A stretch of DNA of 64,000 nt from the human T2T-CHM13v2.0 reference genome, Homo sapiens: NCBI RefSeq assembly GCF_009914755.1, contig NC_060928.1. One strand, given 5' to 3'. Positions 53,271 through 64,000 of the stretch are shown here, in pieces (position 1 is the stretch's first letter; the number at the start of each line of letters is the position of its first letter). The position numbers were made by a program, and so were the translations under genes. The notes beneath the pieces were generated by a model. The model saw nothing but the letters and a program-made list of their open reading frames with translations. It did not search any database and was not told the DNA's origin.

Positions 53271-55769
53271 ATACCTGTTATCAGACACCTTGCTACTCTA
53301 CTACTAGTGGAGTTTATTGGACAAATCATTTACATTAAAAAGGAAATTTATATAAAGACAGTGATGGTAAGACTATTGGTGGCATCTTTTCACAGAAATT
53401 GAAGGCCACTGAATCAAGGTGAGTCCAAGAAACTTTTCCGGGAAACTTTAAACAATTGAATAATAATAGTTCACAAAAGAGTTGACCAAAAGCCCCATCT
53501 TTCACTAGCAGTGATATTGCTGCATGGGATATCATGAAGTAACTGCTTTTTCACCTTGACTATATCAACAACAGTAACGAATGTCCAGGGGGAGATATTT
53601 TAGCCTATAATTCTATTCAGCAATAATAATTACCACTTAATTTTGCAAAAAGATTTAGGTGTTGTTTGAGGGAAAGGAGCATTGGCCATTCTGTCTATTT
53701 TGTTTGTTGGCTTTTTTGGTCTTGATTTTGGTCAATCATGTTGATAATGGCATAAAAGTAGAAGTCTGAACTTTAGTCAATAGCAAGATATGTGGTTCTA
53801 TGTGTGATGTGTTCTTTGCCCTTCTGGCATTTCAGCTTTTTCATCAGGAGAAATTAAACAGGATTTTCCTCTCCCTGCAATACATTCCAGTTCCTTCCTT
53901 TTACTCCTGCCTCTCCCCAGCTCCCACCACCACATTGCTGGAGGGGCAGACTGGCCCAGCTGATCTAAATATACTCGGTTCTGATCATATTGCTTCAGAA
54001 ACTGCTAGTGAAATTGAGCTGTAACGTATTAAAAATATCCAGAGATTTGACTCTCAAGGAAACAATGTTTTCTTTCTTCTAAATCCCAGGATGCCAATAG
54101 AAGAGCAAAATCAAACCTGGTAATGCAGAGACCTAAAGAAACCAGTGAAAATGATAATGATGCTTTTTTTTTCTTCCTGGGGGAAGAGTAATCCTTGTGA
54201 ATTTTCCTCCTACAGAACAGAATGGTGTGGGATTCACAGGCTGCTTGCTCTCTCCTTTTTCTTGACTTCTTCAGGAACTTTGTATCCCTAGGAAAGTGTG
54301 TGTTATATAAAACAGGGTTGATTGACCTGCCTGTGATGGTAGCAGGAATTTGTAGCTTTGTTCTGTTAATCAGTGTGTGCACTCAGTTGAGGATTAGCAG
54401 AAGTTGCCAGTTGCATTAGCACTGAACCTGAGCTTCCTCAACCACTAGGGAATATAGCAAATCAATGCTCACTCACAAAGACGCCCTGATCTTATCCATA
54501 CCAGCATCTCCACTCATGTTACCCACTACAGTTACCAGCCAACTGTGAAAAAGGAACAGGCACTCTGGAAATTTATCAGCCTCTCTCTTTCTTTCTCCAC
54601 ATCTACATCCACATCCATATCAACAGACACACACATACACACACTTGCCACATACAAACACACAATTTTCTGCAACGGTATCTCACTCCAGAAACCAAGA
54701 GCTATCATAACCAGCTATTGAAAGGGGCCTTTTAGAGATGGGAGGTAATGAGAAGATATAATTGGCCTACAATTTTTGAAGGAATCACTCTCTAAGAGAT
54801 GAGTTGCTCTAAGCAAAGTAGTAGTTTATGTTCTTTATACCAGGACTTATATTCCAAACCCTATGTCTTTTTGTGTGGCCACCCTAAAGTCCAATATAGC
54901 ACTGGTCACTTCTGCTAAAAAGTCAGCTCACTTTCAAACTCTGTGTGCTATGGGAGTCTTCTTATGGCGAAAAATGGCATAAACGGGGTTTCACCAAAGC
55001 CAGCTCAGGTTGCTTGTGTTTCTTTTTAGTTGCTGTTTGTTTTTTTCATGGATGCACAGAAAACTAGAGTCCACCCAAGGACTTGGAGTGAGAAGAGAAA
55101 TAAATTAAGATTTCTGGGACTTTGATGAGAGCTTAGTTTTTCAGGCTTTGCTTGATCTGATTGATGACTGGAAACCCTGATGAGAGGTTGAAATGCAGAG
55201 ATTCCTCCATCAAAGCTCAAGTTTTGGCATGTGCCCATTTTCCAACTCCACTTTGATTTACATGGACCTCTTATATTTTCATTGTAAATGATCAACTTTG
55301 ATTTATTTAATAATTTTGCATTCTCATTTGTTATAACCAAATATTTGCATTTCAAATGCAAAAAAAAAAAAACAAAAAAAAAACAAAAATAAACAAAAAA
55401 AAACAAAGGTTCTTAATGAAATTTCTAGGTTTTTATAATGCAAATTTCTCTTGTGGTCCAGCATGCTAGTCAGGAATGTCAGTGTTTCAAATTATTCCAA
55501 CCTTCTTTTGTGGAGAGAAGCTTATCATATTCTACTCTTTCTACTGGTGGCTTCTTTTTGCTAAGGTTGGATTACATTTGGCTAAACACGAGGAAATTTT
55601 AAAACTGAGCCCATTTGTAAATTGGGAATTGCCTGCCAATGAAACCCATATGTAATCTCAAATCCTGATTTTCATCAGTAGTTTCAGCTTTTTCACTAAG
55701 TAAATCTATATGCCAGAATGCTCATGAGACAATCCTGAAGTGTCATTAGCATAATTGTATGGCCCCAGG

Positions 55770-55965
55770 GATTAAGAGGTCAACAGGTCTTGGCTGAAGT
55801 CCAGCTCTGCCACCAACTAGCTGTGTGACCTTGAGCCATTTACTTCATTTATATAAATCTCAGGTAGTAGCTCTCTCATTTGGCTTTTGTGAGGATTAAA
55901 TACAGTAAAGTGTGAAGAATGCATTGTTTAATGCCTGACACATACTCAATAAATATTACCTAATG
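55770..55965 (+). mobile_element. MIR SINE
   Basis: tccagctctgccaccaactagctgtgtgaccttgagccatttactt...gtgaggattaaat. Confidence 0.75.
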
Positions 55966-56155
55966 CTATGCTTCGTCCTTCAAACTTTCAAGCACGTTGA
56001 ACATACATCATTGAACAAAAACCAGACTGGCATAAGATTTCTCATCAGAAAGATTCAGGCTAGCAGACAGCAGAACAATACTTTCAAAGTTTTGAGACAA
56101 TGAGATTTTTAACCTAGAATTCTGTATCTGCGAAATTGTCAATAAGATATATAAA

Positions 56156-57038
<883 letters not shown>

Positions 57039-60000
57039 GGTGGGAGGAAAGAATAAGGACATTTTCAAACATGCACAGACTCAGATATTTTGCCTTACAA
57101 ACACTTTTTCCTAAGAGGTTACTTAAGGAGGTGCAAAGTGCAACAATGGGATGACCAAGACTAAAGAGGATTTAGAATCCAAGAAATATTGGCAGGAACC
57201 CGGGATAGCAAATATTGACCACAGAAAGGGTGAGGGGAACCTATGAGAGGAACAAAGTTCGGGAGAAGGTGAGTCAGTAGAATACCTGTCTGAAATACAG
57301 AATTGAAAATATAGGGACTATGATAAGTTAAATAAGAAATAAAAAGGGAAATTAGATACTCTAGAAAACAAATGTAATTAAAGTACCTTTTCTAGAAGTA
57401 ATTAAATTCCACACTCTGAAATAGTTAAATAATGTAAACTTTTTTTATTAATTCTATTAGAAATAAACTATAGGCAGTGATTAGAACACCTCGGTGTGGA
57501 TATTTTCAACCTTGACAATATAAAAATAAAATTTCAGATGACAGAAGTCTACAGGTAGGAAAGACGGAGAAGAGCTGAAGGAAATAGTAGAGCCAGTAAT
57601 GTCATCAGCCTACAAATTCGGCTTCAGGAGAATCTAAGATAATTTGATGGAAGCAGTAACAGTGTTTTTAAATTACTCGAAGTTATAAAGCAATCAATAA
57701 AGAATCTGAAAACTCCTGTTTAACTGTTTAGGAGAACGCAGAAAGGGGTGGTGGTATAATGGTATAATGAGGCAAATACTCATTTATCAGATCAAGAAAT
57801 CTAAATTGCTCAACAAGAAACAGAAACATAAGCATATTTATTAAAATTGTGGACGTAACAACCAGAGGAATCAGAACCAGCTAACGGAGGTAAAAGTTAT
57901 TGCCTCTAAGCATCAGGTCTAGCACTAGAAAGGAATGTACCGTTTCCTCTACTAGAGATAATAACAAAGAATATAATAACAAAGGATGTTATTATCTCTA
58001 AATATTTTTTCTGTTCAATTTTTTTTCACCTACACTTTGATAAAATCTAGGTGAACAAAGAAAAGGGAGTAAAATGGGCATGGCAATTTCTTCATAAATA
58101 TTTATTGAGTAAATTACTTACTTTATATTAAATATGAGAAAAATATAGCTTAGAATCAAAATTTTATCAGTATATTTTTGGACTGTCTGGATCTTCTTTA
58201 TGATTTAAAACAAATGGCAGAATTTTTTAATGTAATGTTGTCATCCCAGATCCAGCTCTTAGAATTCACTAGCACATTTTCATCATGGGAAGTTGTTTTC
58301 TAACTCTGTACCTTCTGAGTAATCGGTACCATTGAAAGCAAGCAGATTGCCTTCTGCAATAAACTACATTCCCTGTGCATTCACCTAAGCCTGCACCAAC
58401 CTGAAGATCAAAGAATATAGAGACTTTGAACATGACATTACCTTGCTAAGTGCAGCTCCATAGAATTCAAGACCTGTTTTAAAAAAACAGCACAGTCCAC
58501 CCCACATATACCTACCCAGGCCCACAGAGATCTCTGTGAGAATGGCAACCAGACACTTGCGCCTCTCCTTTCTACTGAAAGTCTTCAGCATCTCCCATCA
58601 TTATTGTTGTTTAGATTTCAAGACTTTGCTGAATCACAATGCCACTATACAGAATAATTCTGAAAGTCCAAATATAAGATTACAAAGCAGTTTTCCCCAA
58701 ATGGGAATGAGGTTTTTGTTTGGAAATACTTAGTCCAGTGGTGTTTGTTTTTTGACCTCTCGGCATTAATATTTTCTTCCTAATAATATCACCTCCTTCC
58801 ACTGGGTATAATTTAGTAGGTCTGTAATGGGGAAAGCTGGCCATCTCTAGCCAAGTTCATGATTCAAGGTAAGTCAATAGAAAGCTCTTTCTATAGAATC
58901 CAAATCTCTAGTAGAGGAACCAGGTTGCCCAGGTCTCAGTTCACATTAGGCTTTTCCAAGGTCAGGCTGCTCCTGCAAGACAAGGTCATTACTGCTTCTG
59001 CCACCCGACCTTCAGGGGTGCTTGAGATCTGTCTATATCCAAGATCGGGTCTCCAGCTTCCCATCAATCCTGTAAGACCGAATGGTTTTCGACTGAGTTA
59101 GCTTTTGCTACTGAGAATCAAAGAATCCTAGCTAAGCCTATAGCATAAACTGATACTTAGTACTTACTGATAGAGACTTTCACAGAGTCAAGAATAATGC
59201 TATCAATAAACTGAAGATGATATTTAATATATGAAAGTACAAAACAGAAAATAGTGACTTCTTTCCTACTGTATGATGACAACTGACTTTCAAATGTTTG
59301 TTTCTATGAGGAGCAGAACTAGAGGTGGGAAAGAACAAGGAAGAAGCTCTTGAGTGTACCCAGGATTTTGTGCAATTCTCCATGTGCTAACCACAATTCC
59401 AGGATGAATCAGAATGTAGCAATGATATTATTGTGGAAAATCATTTAAGTCTATTTATCTCTAGAAAAGAGTAAATTATTCACAAGTTATGGTAAGTTAA
59501 CCATCTGAAGTAACAAATCCACTAATAGAACACTCAACTCGTCACATCCCACCAATGGTTTTAACACTGAGTTTAAGAGCCGTGATCTCATTTTTTAAAT
59601 GAGATACCTTTTTAAAAAATCATCTCTTAAGGCTAATCTTATAGTAGGAAAAAAAAAGAGAATTAAATTAAGCTTTCCATGGGTCATCTAACATATAATT
59701 GCTTTACAAAGAAGAGGGTTAGGAGGTAAGAACATGGTGACAAGATAATCAAGTAAAACAAACAAATTGGTGATGGTTGTGTGGGGTGAAGACCTGAATG
59801 AGAAGGTAGTCAATAAAGAGAAAGAAAAATTTAAATATATTACACAGAGAGAAAGGATTGAAGACTGCAACTATAAATGAGGAATAAGTGAAGGGGCTGA
59901 TAAAACTTCTTCAGACCTGCCACTAATAAGGAAATGTAACACAAATAGGAAAGAATTAAGGTGATATCAGCTGGGTTGAGGGTATTTGAAGATGAGGGAG

Positions 60001-60109
60001 ATAGATAACACTTTCCAAACCATTAACATTTTAAAATTATAGTTCTAAAGAGTTGCATAATTAAATGAACATTAAAAGAGAAGCAAATAGATGTTTGAAA
60101 ATGTGAGAG

Positions 60110-60992
60110 AAATGAGGGTGTGGAGAAAAGAGACCACTTGTACACTGCTGGTGCAAATGTAGATTAGTATAGCCATGATAGAAAACAATATGGAGGTTCC
60201 TCAAAAATTAAAAATAAAACTACCAAGTAGTCCCTCTGCTAGGTAGGTATCCAAAGGAAATGAAATCAGTATGTGGAAGAGATATCTGCACTCCCATTTT
60301 CATTGCAACACTGTTTACAATAGCCAAGATAAGGAATTAGCTTAAGTGTTTGTCCATAAAGGGAGAAAGAAGTTGTGGTATACAGGAAGTGGAGGTTGCT
60401 GTGAGCTTAGATTGCGCCACTGCACTCCAGCCTGGCCAACAATAGCAAAATTCTGTCTCAAAAAAAAAATAATAATAAATAAAAATAAAAAGTTGTGGTA
60501 TATGTACACAATAAAAAAATATCATCTTTAAAAAGTATATACTGCCATTTGCAACAACATAGATAAACCTGGAGGACATTATGCTAGCTGAAATAAGCTA
60601 GGCACAGAAAGACAAAAACCACATGATCTCACTTATATGTGGAATTTAAAGAAAGTTTGAATACATAGAAACAGACAGTAGAACAGTGGTTACCAGGGCC
60701 AAGGACATCGGGGAAGGAGGAGGAAATGGAGAGACGCAGATCAAAGGGTACAAATTTGTAGTTATGTGGGATGATTAAGTCTAGAGATCTAACAGACAGC
60801 ATGAGGACTATAGATCATTATATTGTATACTGAAAATTTGCTAAGAGAGTAAATTTTCGGTGCTTTCATCACCAAAAAAAGATAACTATGTAAGGTGATG
60901 GATAGGTTAATTTGCCTAACCATAGTGATCATTTCACTGTGTATATGTGTATTAGAACAGCACGTGTACACCTTAAATATATACTATAAAAA
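60110..60992 (+). mobile_element. L1MA-type 3' end
   Basis: gtgtggagaaaagagaccacttgtacactg...atatctgcactcccat...gccatttgcaacaacatagataaacctggaggacattatg...tgtacaccttaaatata. Confidence 0.88.
60383..60489 (+). mobile_element. 5'-truncated Alu (Sp/Sq-like right-arm end) inside the L1MA
   Basis: About 75 bp of Alu 3' end plus A-rich tail; TSD aagttgtggtata at 60370-60382 and 60490-60502. Confidence 0.9.
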
Positions 60993-61241
60993 TTTGTAGA
61001 CAATCATCATAAAATCAGAGGAATTCTGTTGTAATTCATCAAAATTACATAAGAAGTATTGTTTTCTGAATAATATAGACAACCAAAGTCAATTTTCATC
61101 TCAAATAAAACAGACTTTTCATATAAAATATAAAAATAAAGTACTATCACTTTTTACCATATTTTAAGTATGACAGTTTCAAAGACTTCTGAATAAATAT
61201 TTGTAGTCAACTCACTTAATTGTTTTTTTGAAAAACATAAA

Positions 61242-62131
61242 AGAATAGAGTTCTTTCCCTGTTGTTTGTTTTTATCAGTCTTGTCAAAGCAGAAAAGAAA
61301 CCACCCCATTGAGTGAAGGATATGAACATCCACTTCTCAAAAGAAGACATGTAACTGGCCAACAAACATATGAAGAAATGCTCAGTATTACTGATCATCA
61401 GAGAAATGCAAATTAAAACCACAGTCAGATACCATCTCACACTAGTCAGAATGGCTATGATTAAAAAGTCAAAAAACAACAGATGCTGGCCAGGTTGCAG
61501 AGAAAAGGGAATGCTAATGCACTGTTGGTGAGGATGTAAATTAGTTCAGCCATGGTGGAAAGCAGTCTGGAGATTTCTCAGAGAACTTTAAACAGAGCTA
61601 CCATTTGACACAGCAATCCCATTACTGGGTATATACCCCCAAATAAATAAATCTTTCTACAAAAAAGTCACATGTACTCATATGTTCATCGCTGCACTAT
61701 TCACAATAGCAAAGACATAGAATCAATCCAGGGGCATATCAATGGTATATTGGGTAAAGAAAATGTGGTACATGTACACCATAGAATACTACTGAACCAT
61801 AAAAAGAATGAAATTACGTTCTTTGCAGCAACATGGATAGAATTGGAGGCCATAATCCTAAGCATATTCATACTGGAACAGAAAAACAAAGACTGCATGT
61901 TCTGTTTATGAGTGAGAGCTAAATATTGAGCACATAAGGAAATAAACATGGGAATGACAGACACTGTGGACTACTAGAGAGTGGGGGGGTGGGCGTGGTG
62001 AGTTTAAAAACTACCTGTCAGGTACTATGCTCACTATCTGGGTGACAGGATCCATATTCCAAACTTCAGCATCCCACATAATAAATCTGTACATGTACCC
62101 CTACATCTAAAATAAAAGTTGAAATAATAAA
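61242..62131 (+). mobile_element. L1PA15/16-like 3' end with short 5' inversion (61242-61289)
   Basis: cacttctcaaaagaagacat...gagaaatgcaaattaaaaccac...tacatgtacccc...ctaaaataaaagttg; first 48 or so bp are antisense L1 ORF2. Confidence 0.88.
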
Positions 62132-63378
62132 AGTAAGTGCAAGATGAATTGCAAATTTGGTGAGCAGGTAACCATCTCATAAAATAACACTTAAGACTTT
62201 ATTCAATGTATTTGAGTTGGCTGGAAAATTGGCTGGCAAGCTATAAAATAAATGGTAAAAAAACAGTGACATTTTGAGTACTTGATGAGGTGCCCCAGGA
62301 ACCAGTATTAATTCAACCTCACTTTATGTACAAACAGAACACTGCCGTCACTGAGGCAGTAACTGAACACAAATACTCAAAGGGACATTTTCAAAATCCT
62401 TATGAGTCTAGGTCATCAACCTTAACTATACTTAAATTGAATGGGTTTTGGTAACAACTTACTTCTATTTAGTTTCTTTTGAAAAACCTTCAAGTAGTCA
62501 GGCCTCCAACAAAAGTAGTTAAATTTAATAAATTAAACTTCTGCTCGCTGCATTTGTTTCCATTTTCAGATGGAATGTAGTTGGGAGAGGAGGTAAAGAG
62601 ACTCTTCTTCTGGCAGTGAAAGAAATCCCAGAAGAGGGACATGTGGAAGGCAACACAGAGGGCCCAGGTGGCAGACAGCAGTGAGAGATGGATGCTCAAA
62701 GCAAGTCCATGCCAGCTTCCCATTTTGCTGCAAGACATTAGGGAATTGAAAATTCACTTCCTCTGGAGAATTATGTAGCCAATTAAATGTGAACATTCTT
62801 CACACCTGTTCCTGTTCATAGGGCAATGGGCTTCGACATACGTGAGGAATACAGTCATATAAATCTCAAGTTGCATTGAGAAATTGATTTTATTTTTGTA
62901 AAACACTACCCTGAATCACACAGTGCCTCAACTGTTCCACCTGTAAACACAGAAAACCTTTGTCTACACAGTCCTCACAGAGATGGATTCATAGTCTACA
63001 AAGGGCTTTTCCTTAGAGAAATGAATTACATGAACCCAAGATTTTCCTAACCTATTAATAAGATCTTGACTTCCCCCCAAAAATTATGGGACTAATGTGA
63101 TCTTCCAGCACACCAGCTGCATTCCAGATAAAAATATTATCAATTTTGAAGTTACTTGTTTGAAGAAGATTTGGCAATTTCCCTTAATAACTCAGTCTAA
63201 TATAATTATGTACCTGACAAAAATGTTCATTATGTAAAAAAGAGAGGTGGAAAACAATCACTAGGCAATTGAAGTGAAATGCAGGCCTAGCTAATTGTGA
63301 AGAGATGTAATTAACTAGTTTATGTTCCTGAGATGAGTGGCTTAAATATAAAAGAATGAATTTTAAAAATTTCAGTCC

Positions 63379-63685
<307 letters not shown>

Positions 63686-64000
63686 CTAATGGTCATATTT
63701 GTTTTGTTTAATTTTTATGAGGCATATTCCATTTTTTATTTGAACATAATGAGTTTTTTTCTGTGTTTACCTTTCCACATGAGAGAGACTTTTTGACACC
63801 ACTTGCACTCTGTCACCCTGGTTTTTGTCACACAGGGGTTTACCCTCCCTGGCCCCGCACACTGCAGTGACCATGGACATGCATTCCCTGTCCCTACAAC
63901 CTGCCACTCAGCACACACTCAGAAGAGAGTAGCAGGAGCAGCAGAGGAAAGCAATGAGAGCTTATATTCCAGGTGGGAAGACAAGCTTCTGCATAAGCTT

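Overview
This is AT-rich primate (very probably human) non-coding genomic DNA. I find no credible protein-coding exon; the listed ORFs are chance or repeat-derived. The window is a mosaic of Alus (including a near-consensus AluYa5-like copy), L1 fragments, MIR/L2 relics, MaLR/ERVL/ERV1 solo LTRs, DNA-transposon MITEs and microsatellites. Subfamily names come from recalled consensus sequences and need RepeatMasker/Dfam confirmation. All recognisable L1 bodies lie on +, which suggests the window is inside a very long intron of a minus-strand gene (inference). The most notable signal is at 32051-32096 on the minus strand, in repeat-free sequence: a 3' splice site fused directly to a perfect 5' splice site (TTTCTTGTTTTTAG|GTAAGT). 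A second donor (AGT|GTGAGT) follows 142 nt later, and the exon between them has stop codons in all three frames. This is the architecture of a recursive splice site (ratchet point) with its RS-exon. Three weaker motifs of the same kind lie on the same strand.
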